A stretch of DNA of 64,000 bases. Origin: Octopus vulgaris. Lineage: Eukaryota. The notes under the pieces were generated by a model. The model made no database searches. It was not told the DNA's origin and saw only the letters and a list, made by a program, of their open reading frames with translations. Positions 25,801-38,662 of this stretch are shown one piece after another. The stretch lies in contig OX597834.1 in assembly GCA_951406725.2 (NCBI GenBank), positions 17,422,001-17,486,000 on the forward strand, read 5' to 3'. A program made the translations under genes and the position numbers. Numbering within the stretch: position 1 is the stretch's first letter; each line of letters begins with the position of its first letter.

Positions 25801-26373
25801 GTCGGTGATTTCTCTATATTAATATATATATAAAAGCTTATTGACGTTCCCGCATTATGCGGGAATTTCCCGGTATTAATAATAATTTCCTGACGCATTC
25901 AGGCTTTCCGCCGAATATTCCCGCCTTTTGATAAAGTCTTTACGATTTTACCGTATTCTATTCCCTTTGTAAAAGAAAAAAAAAGTGTGTGTGTGTTGGG
26001 GTAGATGGAGGATGTTGATCAACAGAAGATAAGCGGGGAGAGTACACTCCAGAAAAAATAGCGTGTTCAAGTCGTGCCCTGCGGACATAACCAGGATGCC
26101 GTTGCTGCAGAGAATGGCCGGCGACACTCGCTACCGCAGCCTCTCTTCGCCACCACCTTGCGGGGCCCGCAGTTATCCCGATTTTGCTGACGAAATCGGC
26201 AGTGCGGGGTCAGAAAACGGGATCCGGACAAACACCTGATTAATGGCCGGTCGGGCTCTTAACATTAGTTTTCTCTGCGTTATGGGCGGCGATACCCTGG
26301 GTGGGGGCGTCTTCGGTGCCGTCCTACGATCTTTGATTCTAGTCGTCTTTCGGCTTATTCCAGGCGTATCTTT

Positions 26374-26732
26374 TTATCGTTTACTTATTTCAGTCATTGG
26401 ACTGCGGCCATGCTGGGGCACCGCCTAGACAAATCGTTCCCAGTTCTTACGTTTTAAAAAGAATTAAAGATTGGAATTTATTCTATCGGTCTCTTGCCGA
26501 ACCGCTAAGTTACTGGAACGCAAGCATACCAACACGGGTTGCAAAGCTGTTGTGCGGAACAAGCACAGCACAACACAAACACACACACATACACGACGGG
26601 CTTCTATCAGTTTCCATCTACCAAATCCACCCACATGGCTTTGGTCGGGTTTGTCCAAAGTGCCGCGCAGTGGGATTGAACTCAAGACCATGTGGTTGGG
26701 AAGCAAACTTCTTAACCACACAGCTTCGCCTA
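26374..26732 (-). mobile_element. SINE family A
   Basis: Match to consensus. Confidence 0.88.
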
Positions 26733-27777
26733 GGAAGGGTTGATTTACGCTAGGTCCTCCTCTTAATAATGCACGAAGGATCTCGATGCATTGCCATCTC
26801 GTCCATAATATTGCTGTCTTTGTCTTAGTTACATTTAGCGTGTGTAGTTGTGTGTATGTATTAGAGTATGTCTGTGTATTTGTGTATGTGTACATATGTG
26901 TGTATTTGTGTGAATGCTTGCACATGTGTGTGTGTATGTATGTATATGTGTGTGTCTGTATGTGGTTTCAACTTGAAAGACTTTTGCATTGAAAATAGGC
27001 AATTAGAGGACTTTTGCTTTTATGATTTTGCGAACAAAGAAATCCCGAGGAATGTCTCAACGATTTGGTTATGTCTAGAAATGGCAATTACTTATAAGGT
27101 TCTTTAGATTTTTTTGAAGTACTGCAGAATTTTTGTTTTTCATAATTTTGTAACGATAACTCTATCCGGTTCATTTGTTTGCAAGCAGCCTTCTCAAGGC
27201 CAGAGTTGTTGGAAATATATATTAACTGTTTTATCAGGTTGTTCTTTGTGTCGTATTTTACAATTTCAAATTGTATTCTCTTTCTTTCTTTTCTATGTGT
27301 GTGAAGAGAAGAGATGTTACCTGCTAGATAAGTGAATGGGCGTTATTTTCTTAAGAAATTTTTGGGTGAATTTATGAAATTGGATAGTATATTTGAAACA
27401 AAAATATCTTGTCTGAGAGGAGATGACGTAAAAGGGTGAAGAAAATCACCTCAGCTGTACAGATGTTTTTCTTCATTGGGATTATAACTAAATCCATAAT
27501 AAACAGATTATTTAATGAAGGTAATATAGTGGCCTTGAGACCATGGTTTCGATTCCCCGACCGGGCGATGCGTTGTGTTCTTGAGCAAAGCACTTCATTT
27601 CATGTTGCACCAGTCCACTCAGCTGTAAATGAGTTCCAGTATTGGGTGGAAAGTTAACTCTGAAATGGACTAGCGTCCCGTTCAGGGGGGGGGGGAATGT
27701 AATCTCAAGTTATTTATACCCCATGGAAACTGGGTTAAATTTCGGCTTTTTGAGTATTTAGGCTCATGACAGACCCT

Positions 27778-27990
27778 ATGTATGTATGTATGTATGTGTG
27801 TGTGTATGTATGTATGTATGTATGTATGTATGTATGTATGTATGCATGCATGCATGCATGCATGCATGTATGTATGTATGTATGTATGTATGTATGTATG
27901 TATGTATGTACGTACGTACGTATGTATGTATGTATGTATGTATGTATGTATGTATGTATGTATGTATGTATGTATGCATGCATGCATGCG
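27778..27990. repeat. (TATG)n with (CATG)n and (TACG)n blocks
   Basis: Directly visible. Confidence 0.95.
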
Positions 27991-28071
27991 TTGAACTTTG
28001 AGCAAGTGTCTTCTATAGTCTCGGACCGATCAAAGCTTTATGAGTAGTAGATAGAAACTGAAAGACGCCCA

Positions 28072-28104
<33 letters not shown>

Positions 28105-28479
28105 TGCCCCTTCCCCGCTTGACAATCGATATTGCTATATTTACCTCCCCGTAACTTAGCAGTTCGGCAAAAAAGACCGATGGAATATATACTAGGCTTT
28201 AAAAAAATAAGTACTGGTGTCGATTCCTTTGACTAAAGTTCCCCATCATGGCTGCAGTTCAAGTAAAAGATATGTTTTAAGTAAAACCGAGTCTCTAGAC
28301 TGTTGCCAAATAACATAATTTCCCCGAGACGAAGTTTTAACCTTCCTAAGTATGCAGACGATACACATAGAGCAAAGTAGGAATCATTGTGATGGACAAG
28401 TATAATTTTAGAATCAATGTTTTGTTAAGGTATCCATCCACAACCTGTGACTTAGTCTACAATCGTAGATGTTTTACTG

Positions 28480-28740
28480 GTCATTCCACACTCTTTTGAC
28501 GCTGGAAGATGGCTGGCTGGTTAATATTTAAGTATCTGTCTGCAGTTGTAAGATTCTACACTCAAGTGGTGCTGAAGAAAGAGCATTCAATTAAATTAAG
28601 CTTAGCAAAAACTCCAAATAGGTCACTGCTTCAGGCACATGGCATATAAGTCTTCTCTTATTACAATGAAATTGGAATACGTAGTGCCATGTCATATATT
28701 ATATAAGTAATAGAAGCCAGTCAACAACATGTTCGTGAGT
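28480..28740 (+). pseudogene. Decayed hAT-like transposase C-terminal (dimerisation) fragment
   Basis: FKYLSAVV../LHSSGAEERAFN*IKLSK/TPNRSLL.../SSLITMKLEYVVPCH, resembling the PHSNA.EERVFS motif; stops and frameshifts present. Confidence 0.5.
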
Positions 28741-28781
28741 GAACACAGTAAACCGTACAATATTTCGTCTACTATATATAT

Positions 28782-29036
28782 ATCACGTGACCGACCAGAC
28801 ATCGCTGGTCACAATGCGTTTGCATTGTTTTAGCCTTCGTATGACGCCGCCCCGCTGGCTAAGTGAGTAGGCCAACAGAAGAAAGAGTGGTGAAAGAGTA
28901 CAGCAGGGGTCACCCCCCCCCACTGCCGGAGCCACGTGGAGCTTTTAGGTGTTTTCGCTCAAAAAACACTCACAACGCCCGGTCTGGGAATCGAAATCGC
29001 GATCCTACGACCTAACCACTGGGCCTTTGCGCCTCC
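28782..29036 (-). mobile_element. tRNA-headed SINE family E
   Basis: - strand ggaggcgcaaaggcccagtggttagg..gatttcgattccc; its 3' part recurs on + at 16385-16498. Confidence 0.8.
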
Positions 29037-30469
29037 ACACACACACTATATATATATATATATATCTTATATAGTGACTGTCAACTCATTGGTGAGTGTG
29101 ACCATCACTGACAAAATGTTCTGGATCAGTGTTTCTCAACAATTTTTTGTCTTTGGACCCCTTTCATTCCTATTATACTCGGAGGAACTCTCATAGACAT
29201 TTGATGTTAAAAAAAAAAATCATAATTTATTTTTGTAGAAGCTTGCTTTCCAACCAACCACATGAGGCAGATATTATTTCGGAATTTCCTTGTTCGTGAG
29301 AGATGTTTAAACAAAAGCTAGGTGTTGGTCAATTCAATCTGTACTGGATGTGAATATGTTCATGGTATATTACACCATATAAAGAAACGAAAGAGTTTTT
29401 TCTGTGAAAAGGAAAAAAAAAAAAAAACAAAACAATTTGTAGGCGCGCACACATACGTGCTTGTACAGATCACATTTTTTTTTTTCAACATTTCAAGTTT
29501 CATTTTGTAGCTATCGTGGTTATTGCTAGTTGAAAACTATATATTTGTGTTGTATGTCAGTCTGTATGTGTGCGTGCCCACCACTGTTTTTCCATATTAA
29601 ATTCCGATATATTAGTAATACGCACAATCTGAAAGATATTTGTTGAAAATTTCATCAAAAAAATACTTTTTCTCTGAAAGTTATGAAGAAACGGCGAAGT
29701 TTCGCGTAGATACGCCGCAGAGTGGAGCTGTAGTGTTTGGGAAATGACGAAACGACCATCCTTTCATATTTCGTGTTACGGCATCGACTTGCTTCTCCTT
29801 TCTTTTGAATTGGTTCAATTAACTTTAACCCCTGCCTAGACCAGTTTTTGCTTTATGCCAATATATGAAATCCTAATTGAAGGCGGAACTAAGGCTTTCG
29901 TTTTCGCAGAATCGATTCACACATAGATTCAGGGTTGTTGTATATCGTATTTAGTTTCGTTCTGCCTCTTTCTTTAAGGCCGATTCCACATTTCATCTTT
30001 TAGGAATCAATAATATCGGAGCAATATTTCTGTTTTTGAGGTTTTCCGTCCCAATAACAGAAGACTGTTGAAATAAATATTAATAAAATACAAAACTGGT
30101 CGACGTTAACCTGATTATATTTTCTTTTTCTACAAAAATTTGTCTTGCACCAATTATAAAACGAAACCTTTTTTTTTCTTTCTTTTTTTTTTTTTTTCCT
30201 GAAAGGTGAATGTTCATGTTTGTAACCACTGCTAAAGTCTGCAAAGAGATGTCCAAACATTCTTATCTATCCTCCTAAATTTCACTTCTTGCGTGCTTTT
30301 GTGAGAAATCAATAGAGTTATTATTGAAATAATTATAAAATTATTGAAACGTTATTGTTAGAAATCAATAATGATATTTTTACATCATCGATTTCTAAAG
30401 ACGATAACATTTTTTTAATAAAACGAGTCCGCAGTTCAAGTTTCGATTCTAAATCGAAACCAGTTCTTT

Positions 30470-30705
30470 CCATTTACGTCTTCGTTTTGGAACGCATACT
30501 TGCATATATTTCCTTGCCCCTCCCCATGGAGTTGCATTTCCACCCAGCCCCTAAACATTTTCGTCTTCTACTTTCCCTTCTGCCTGATGAATGACTAGCG
30601 TCCGAAACGTTAAAACCTTTCCTGTCAAGCGTTATACTAATAACACCTTTGTTGAAACTTGCCCCTCTCATTGTATTTTTCTTGTTTTTGCTCATTCGTC
30701 ATATT
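30470..30705 (+). mobile_element. Penelope-like element variant with hammerhead core (30584-30612)
   Basis: CTGATGA-a-tgac tagc gtcc-GAAA-CG-TT, then agcgttatactaata as in the 5060 and 51598 copies; stem I not retained. Confidence 0.6.
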
Positions 30706-30796
30706 TATGTGTTTATGTGTTTATGTGTGTGTGTGTGTGCGTGGACTCGTGGCTTAGTGGTTAGAGTATTACGATCACAAGATCATGATCATGATC

Positions 30797-31140
30797 ATCA
30801 TCATCGTTTAACGTCCGCTATGCTAGCATGGGTTGGACGATTTTGACTGAGGGCTGGCGAACCAGATGGCTGCACCAGGCTCCAATCTTGATTTGGCAGA
30901 GTTTCTACAGCTGGATGCCCTTCCTAACGTTAACCACTCCAAGAGTGTAGTAGGTGCCTTTTACGTGCCACCGGCACGGGGGCCAGTCAGGCGGTACTGA
31001 CTTAGCGGTTCGGCAAAAGAGACCGATAGAATAAGTACTAGGCTTACAAAGAATAAGTCCTGGGGTCGATTTGCTCGACTAAAAGGCAGTGCTCCAGCAT
31101 GGCCGCGGTCAAATGACTGAAACAAGTAAAAGAGTAAAAT
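30797..31140. mobile_element. RTE 3' end (- strand, 30797-30980) joined to SINE A 3' part (+ strand, 30980-31140)
   Basis: Matches to families D and A. Confidence 0.85.
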
Positions 31141-31144
31141 ATTT

Positions 31145-31389
31145 AATTCATGTTTTATACAGTATATACTGTACAGTATTTTTATTTATTAATTTTTAGG
31201 TGCGAATATGATTATTTTAACACAGAAATAGTTAGAATCTAAAATAAATAAATAAATAAATACCTATTGGCCGCAGAAACCCGCGATATACTGAGGAGTC
31301 TGCGATATGAATTTACATACACTAGCCAGAAAAATTCGCCATGTACTGAGGGCGCGTTAGGTGAACCGCGATATAGCGAACGATTACTG
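31145..31389. mobile_element. Tigger-like transposon end
   Basis: Repeated ccgcgatata motif and terminus ...gcgaacgattactg|TA. Confidence 0.55.
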
Positions 31390-31654
31390 TAGTGGATAAT
31401 TTAGAAGATAATAAGAGGAAGTAGTTTAGATAAATAGAAGAATGTGTATTTATGGAAAAAGCACTATTAGATAAAAATGTAGAAAAGGAAAACAAGTACG
31501 GAATAATTAACAAGTTTAGAGGTCAGGAAAACCGGATTAAGAGAAGTTAAATGTTTGTTTTAGTAGTTTATGACGAAGCATTTCCGTCTCTGGCTTCATT
31601 CACATATATAGGCTGGGATTTCGATGGTTGGTTACCAAAGTATTTATTTACATA

Positions 31655-32169
31655 CCGTAAATCCTCGAGTATAATCCGCATTTTTTCCACCCCCAATATT
31701 TAACGGTCAAAATCCCTAGTGCGTACTATATACGAGGTTAAAAATGAAAATTATTTTCTAAGTAATGTCCGAGTCTCTATTTGCTGTCTGGCAATGTTTA
31801 TTCAGACACATTTTGTGATGTCGGGGGCGAAAATACCTTAAGCTAAGCCTGAAAGCAATGAAGTCATAAAAGGATCATCCATAACTTGCAGTAAGCAACA
31901 TTTATTAAACGTTATTACTGTTATTTCTTTATTTTCTGCAAACAAAATGCACAAAAAACTACACGTTTGCATTATGTTATATATACAATAATAATAAAGG
32001 ACGTTACCGTATACATTTTTATAAACCAAGGACGTTATATAGACCTCTTTGACTCAAGTTAGAGAAGGGCTGCTTATTATACGCAAGGTTTGGGTTTTTC
32101 AGAGGTACAGCCCCCTAAAAATCCCCTGCGTATTATACGCAAGGGCTGACTATACTCGAGGATTTTCGG
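31655..32169. mobile_element. pogo/Tigger-like MITE
   Basis: TIRs ccgtaaatcctcgagtata / tatactcgaggattttcgg; TA on both sides; subterminal tattatacgcaagg repeats. Confidence 0.85.
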
Positions 32170-32330
32170 TAGATTTCTGTATATTCATATTCTAAATTCT
32201 GAAATTTTAAGGTAGGCAAAGTGTCGTTCTTGCCTGGAAGGTATGCCATAACGTGAGGATATGTTTATGTAACATTTACTTTAGCCTTTTCCCCTCTAGT
32301 TATTTGACGTCTCAGTTCAGTGGCGTAACG

Positions 32331-32749
32331 CTTGTGCCAAAATTTGAAATCAATATTCTCTTGATGTATAAAGCTACTAGTTTAGTTAGCTGAGGACGGA
32401 GTGACGATATTTCTCGTCGTCTTGTTGATCGGGGTTTTATTTTATTTCAATTTTTACTACCTGGAATTTATCTGCAGAGCACCATCTCATGGCTGAAATC
32501 TCTCTTTGTTTCCATTCCAGAGTCTGATTAATTGTGTATAAATAAAACAGACACACACACACACACACGCACACTTGTTTTTATGTCGAGTTATAATGGA
32601 AGTGGTTCTGTGGCAAGAAGCTTGCTTCCCAAGCACATGGTTCCAGGTTCAGTCTCACTGCGTGGCAAGTGTCTTCTACTATAGCCTAGGGCCGACCAAA
32701 GCCTTGTTAGTGGATTTGGTAGACGGAAACTGAAAGAAGCCCGTTGTGT
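32331..32749 (+). repeat. Copy 1 of ~420 bp local direct duplication (copy 2 at 34362-34754)
   Basis: Shared unique sequence plus the same SINE A insertion with the same internal deletion (ctgcgtggcaagtgtc). Confidence 0.9.
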
Positions 32750-32841
32750 TTGTATATATCATATCTATATATATCATCATCAAGCCTTGGAAATTACTGC
32801 TTAAGGGATCATAAGCACATTTACCCGGTTTCCGTGATGTA

Positions 32842-33048
32842 CAAGGGTGTGCTGAAAAGTTCCTGGTTTTAAGGGTATCGCGAAAGACCTGGTTGGAGGC
32901 CCAACCTTCCCAGTTCTTTAACAGGGCTGGAGGACCACTGCGATAAGTGTGTGAATCTGAGAGGGGAACATGTTGAATAAAATCATAATTAATTGATCCT
33001 CTTGAATTTTCTTTTACCCAAAGCCAGGAACTTTTCAGCAACCCTTCG
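32842..33048 (+). mobile_element. Mariner deletion derivative (MITE)
   Basis: TIRs caagggtgtgctgaaaagttcctgg / ccaggaacttttcagcaacccttcg; TA flanks; retains transposase end WLEAQPSQFF..GLEDHCDKCVNLRGEHVE*. Confidence 0.88.
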
Positions 33049-33110
33049 TATAAGTGACCAAGATCACAATATGCCATCCCCCCCCCGACTAGCAACTGAA
33101 TGGGGCATTG

Positions 33111-33550
33111 GTCCATCGCAGGGCCACTCATTTACAGCTGAGTGGATTGGAGCTATAAGAAAAGAAAAAAGAAACTGTTTTGCTCAAGAACACAACGCAT
33201 CGCTCAGTACAGGAATCGAAACCACAATCCTCCGATCGTGAGTGCAAACACGTTAATCGCTTGGCCACATGCTGGGACACTAGTCCATCGCAGGGCTATT
33301 CATTTACAACCGAGTGGACTGGTGTTTCACGAAAGAAGATGTTTTTTGTTCAAGAACACCACGCACCACCCGGTACGGGAATTGAAACCACTATTGTACG
33401 ATCGTGAGGGCAGCACCTTAAACACCAGGCTACGTGCTGGGACGCCAGTCTGTCGTAGGGTTGCTCATTTACAATCGAGTGCACTGGTCCTGGAATCGAA
33501 ACCGCGATCGTACGATCCACACCCTAACCGTAGGTCACGCGTTTTCACGT
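33111..33550 (-). repeat. Head-to-tail trimer of a ~170 bp SINE-C-derived unit
   Basis: gtccatcgcaggg..ctcatttaca..gagtg.a.tgg...ggaatcgaaacc...cgatc recurs at about 33111, 33283 and 33448. Confidence 0.75.
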
Positions 33551-33610
33551 ATCTAAAGTGACTCACAAGGGCAGCCACTTTATATAAGTGTGTGTCTGCT
33601 ATAGTTAAGT

Positions 33611-33918
33611 GAAGGCGCGTGGCTTAGTGGTTAGGGTGTTCGGCTCACGATTGTAAGGTCGTGAGTTCAATTCCCGGCGACACATTATGTCTTTATTTCA
33701 CATTGCTCCAGTTCACTCAGCTGGCGAAAATGGGTAGTACCTGTATTTCAAAAGGGCAAGCTTTGTCATATTCTATGTCACGCTGAATCTCCCCGAGAAC
33801 TACGTTAAGGGCATGTGTGTCTGTGGACTGCTCAGCCATATACATATTAATTTCACGAGCAGGTTGTTCCGTCGATCGGATCAACTGGAACCTTCGTCGT
33901 CGTAACTGACGGAGTACC
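33611..33918 (+). mobile_element. SINE family C, near full length
   Basis: A box gtggcttagtggttagg, B box gagttcaattccc; body shared with 17722-18013. Confidence 0.88.
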
Positions 33919-34214
33919 AGTGCTACGTTACGTTTGAAGAAGGAGGCGGTCAGAAACCTACGTTACACAACTGCTTCAGTTTTTCCTGATGTCCTACTCA
34001 ATGGCTTTTACACATCACAATTCGGAAAATCCGGCTGACTTTTTCTAGTATTTTCCGGAGTCTCAAGTTGCTCTTGTCTGCTGGCTCTTATGTAAATTGG
34101 ACGAATCCCGCTGATATTAAATCTTGTGATTTTATTTTAAAAGTGCTGCTAAGATTCTTTTACTAGAAAACTCTCAACTGGGTTTTTTTAATGTTAATAT
34201 TCTCTTGATGTAAA

Positions 34215-34382
34215 GCGCTGAGCTGGCAGAATCGTTAGCACGCCGGGGGAAAATGCTTAGTGGCATTTCGTCTGTCTTCGTGTTCTGTGTTCTAATTCCG
34301 CCGAGGTTGGCTTTGCCTTTCAACTTTTTGTTCAACTTACAGCCTCCTCGACCTTGCTGGCCTTGTGCCAAAATTTGAAATC
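34215..34382 (+). mobile_element. SINE B (older tail) with TSD aatattctcttgatgt
   Basis: TSD at about 34196-34211 and 34383-34398. Confidence 0.75.
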
Positions 34383-34753
34383 AATATTCTCTTGATGTGT
34401 AAAGCTACTAGTTTAGTTAGCTGAGGACGGAGTGACGATATTTCTTGTCGTCTTGTTGATCGGGGTTTTATTTTATTTTTTACTACCTGGAATTTATCTG
34501 CGGAGCACCATCTCATGGCTGAAATCTCTCTTAGTTTCCATTCCAGAGTCCTGAATAAATAAAACAGACACACACACACTTGTTTTTATGTCGAGTTATA
34601 ATGGAAGTGGCTCTGTGGCAAGAAGCTTGCTTCCCAACCACATGGTTCCGGGTTCAGTCTCACTGCGTGGCAAGTGTCTTCTACTATAGCCTCGGGCCGA
34701 CCAAAGCCTTGTTAGTGGATTTGGTAGATGGAAACTGAAAGAAGCCCGTTGTG

Positions 34754-34754
<1 letters not shown>
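34362..34754 (+). repeat. Copy 2 of local duplication
   Basis: See 32331-32749. Confidence 0.9.
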
Positions 34755-34790
<36 letters not shown>

Positions 34791-34978
34791 TTGTCCCCCC
34801 AACATCGCTTGACAACCGATGCTGGTGTGTTTAGGTCCCCGTAACTTAGCGGTTCGGCATAAAAGACCGATAGAATAAGTACTAGACTTACAAAGAATAA
34901 GTCCTGTGGTCGATTTGCTCGACTAAAGGTGGTACTCCAGCATGGCCACAGTCATCTGACTGAAACAAGTAAAATAGT
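34601..34978 (+). mobile_element. SINE family A
   Basis: Match to consensus. Confidence 0.9.
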
Positions 34979-36051
34979 GTACCTTATACAAATTACCCAA
35001 CTTCAAAAACGGGGTTTGCTTGCTGAATACAATGTGCAGCGTATTGCACGATTTTGCACAGCATTCCCAGATATCTGGAAGCCGGACAAACGGTTAAGTA
35101 TTGTTTAAGACTGTGTCGTACGGTGCATAATTCTTATTGAGCGGTTAATTGGTTAGAGATTATTGAACGCTGTAGTCAACTCGGCCTGTGTACATGTTTA
35201 CGTATATGCTTCTATACTTACGTGCCAGCCGATGATAGCAATTTTTTTTCTTCAGTGAATTCGTGTTTATAGGTGAGCACGAAGGCTTTATGAGTAGGTG
35301 TGTATATCTGTGTAATATAAGTGATTTTTTTTTATCTGAGAAAAATGAATCGTACAACACAATGAATACATCAGATTCGATCTAGTTCGACTTTAATAGT
35401 AGAGTAGGTGTTAACGTATCTGGTGTCGTAAGCTGAAGCGATTTTAGTCAATTACAATTAATAATCCATGTCTAAAACGATTATGGTGAAGGAAAAATAT
35501 TAAAAGAAAAGATGCAATTGAAACATTTTTGAAATGAAAGATTAAAATTAATTTGGTAGTGTTGGCTGTTTAGTTAAGAAGATCGGTTTGGGTAAATTTT
35601 GCGAAGCACAAGTTTCACCTTTGCGGAATTTGAACTCACCCTCTCTTATTTATGAGAAAACGAAAGATATGACCTCTATGGAGGCGCGTGGCTTAGTGGT
35701 TAACCTGTTGCACCCATGACCACAAGATTGTGGTTTCGTTTCCTAGACTGCGCGATGTGTTGTGTTCTTGAGCAAAGCACTTCATTTTACGTTCCTTCAG
35801 TTCACTCTGTTGGCAAAAATGAGTAATCTTGCAACAGACTGGCATCCCATATAAATACACACACACACACATATATATAGACAGGCTTCTTTCAGTTTTC
35901 ATTTACCAAATCTACTCATAAAGCTTTGATTGACTCGAGGTTATAGAAGACACTTGCTGAAGGTGCCACGTAGTGGGACTGAACCCGATATCATGTGACT
36001 GGGGATCTAGCTTCTCACGTTTGATTATTTATTATTATTATTATTATTAAC

Positions 36052-36414
36052 GGGTTCCGGGTTCAGTCCCACTGCGTGGCATCTTGGGCAAGTGTCTTCT
36101 GCTATAGCCTCGAGTCGACCAATGCCTTGTGAGTGGATTTGGTAGACGGAAACTGAAAGAAGCCTGTCGTATATATGTATATATATATGTATGTGTGTGT
36201 ATGTTTGTGTGGTTGTGTTTGTCCCCCTAGCATTGCTTGACTGCCGATGCTGATGTGTTTACATCCCCGTTACTTAGCGGTTCGGCAAAAGAGACCGATA
36301 GAATAAGTACTGGGCTTACAAAAGAATAAGTCCCGGGGTCGATTTGCTCGACTAAAGGTGGTGCTCCAGCATGGCCGCCGTCAAATGACTGAAACAAGTA
36401 AAAGAGTAAAAGAG
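36052..36414 (+). mobile_element. SINE family A (5' truncated, young)
   Basis: Match to consensus from the B box to the tail. Confidence 0.9.
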
Positions 36415-36804
36415 ATTATTATTTTGAAGTTATGATTCTTCTTCTCCATTGCTGATTAGACAAGTGTAAAAAGAAGTTTAAAACCCTTCTTCGCTTTAAT
36501 CAAATCGCGGCAATTTGTCCACACACCTCTTTTCAGTCGCCTCAAGGTTTCCTTTCAACGCCCATGAAAAATGCTGGTTTGGAACTTCGTTATTTTGAAA
36601 GATCAGACGTGCGTGTGAGAAAAACGACCCGCCCTTACGTTGGCAATGGTGGTATTGTGTGTATTTGTGCTTTATTTTTTAAAAAATTCGTGGAATTATG
36701 AACGTCGCACTTTAGAATCGTGATATCGTGATCACCACTTGCCGTCACGTAAGCTTTGCACGTACACATACACTTGATATGGGACACGGGTTGAGAGTAT
36801 TGGA

Positions 36805-36869
36805 TATGTTTGTGTGTGTGAGTGTGTGTGTGTATGTATATGTGTGTAGATATATATTTATGTGTGTGT

Positions 36870-36924
<55 letters not shown>

Positions 36925-36951
36925 AATATATGTACATATAAACTCATAAAA

Positions 36952-37005
<54 letters not shown>

Positions 37006-37356
37006 ATATATGTGTTTGTGTGTGTGTGTGTGTATATATGTGTTTGTGTGTGTGTGTGTGTGTATATATGTGTTTGTGTGTGTGTGTGTGTGTGTATATA
37101 TGTGTTTGTGTGTGTATGTGTGTATATATGTGTTTGTGTGTATATGTATGTGTGTATATATGTGTTTGTGTGTGTGTGTGTGTGTATGTATATGTAAGTG
37201 TATATATATATACACACACAAACACATATGCACACATACATACACACACAAACACACACAAACACATATATACACACATACACATATATATATATACACA
37301 TTTTTATGAGTTTATATGTACATATATTTGTGTGTGTATATATGTGCGTGTGTTTG

Positions 37357-37414
<58 letters not shown>

Positions 37415-37570
37415 ATTATATATATATATATATAAATATGTGTATGTGTGTGTTTGTATAATATATATGTGTTTGTGTGTGTATAATATATATATATATA
37501 TAAATAAATATGTGTATGTGTTTGTGTGTATATATATATGTGTATGTATTTGTGTGTGTGTGTGTATGAT
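36805..37570. repeat. Compound microsatellite containing an inverted duplication
   Basis: cacaaatatatgtacatataaactcataaaaatgtgtata (about 36921-36960) has its exact reverse complement at about 37293-37332. Confidence 0.92.
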
Positions 37571-38244
37571 TATATAAACCATTATGTGAATCGCATTTTT
37601 TCATTACACTTTTTCCCCCTCTTTTTTCCTTTCGTTGTCGTCCTGCCAGGGATTGTTTTCCTTTACAAAGTGATTCGATCGTATTCACTTCTTACTTATT
37701 CTTTGCCCCCCCTCCTCCTCTTCCACCTCAATTCCCCCCGACTGCGCCCTCTCTTCGGTGACGTCTGGATATTTTAGTCTTGCAAATTGTTGTCGTCAAC
37801 CAATGTCGTGGAGAAAAAGCTAAAAAAAAATCAGCTTCAAAAATGTGTATTTTCCACTTTCGCCACCGGCATTGTATCAAGCACGTGACGCAAATGCCCT
37901 GTAAAATATAATTTATTACACGAATAATAATAATAATGACATTATCAACTCTCTTCTGTAATCTTCAGTTGTGGAATGTAGTTCTTTCATTTGTTTTTTG
38001 TTAGTTTTCTTTCAGTTCTGGGTTCTCAAACCGTGAACTGAGTAGGCTTGCACTTCACGAGAAAAGAGAAAAAAAAATGTCGTCGTCATCATCATCATTA
38101 TTGTTACGTCCACTTTTTCCATGCTTGATCGGACGGAGTTTATTTATTTAAGGCAGGTTTTTCTACGGCCGGATCTCTTCCCGTTACCTTTCAAGGTAAT
38201 ACTTCCTCCATGGCCAGGCAGGCATATTTTTCCACAGAATGCTC

Positions 38245-38662
38245 TTACTCTTTTACACTTTTACTTGTTTCAGTCATTTGACTGCGGCCATGCTGGAGCA
38301 CCGCCTTTAATCGAGCAACTCGACCCCAGGACTTATTCTTTTGTAAGCCCAGTACTTATTCTATCGGTCTCTTTTGCCGAACCGCTAAATTGCTAATGAA
38401 TAAATACTACTACTCGTATGATAGTGACACACGTTTACAACTCACCATTACACGATGTCATGGCAAGGAAACCCAAACACACTCAAGCACGCGCGCCTAA
38501 TGGAAATTCTTTGAGTTTCCATCTACCAAATCTACTCACAAGGCTTTGGTCAGCCTTGAACTATAGCCGAAGACACTTACCCAAGGTGTCACACAGTGGG
38601 ACTGAACCCAGAACCATGAAGTTGGCAAGCAAACTTCTTACCACACAGCCACACCTATGCCT
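38245..38662 (-). mobile_element. SINE family A segments (young tail part, older head part)
   Basis: Match to consensus. Confidence 0.8.

Noticed and set aside
33611-33680. tRNA-like heads with A/B boxes (also families A, B and E)
   Set aside because: They continue into SINE bodies and lack a proper acceptor stem, so they are not tRNA genes
35032-35098. Another ATG-started phase-1 exon candidate (MCSVLHDFAQHSQISGSRTN)
   Set aside because: The donor G|gttaag is poor; not counted
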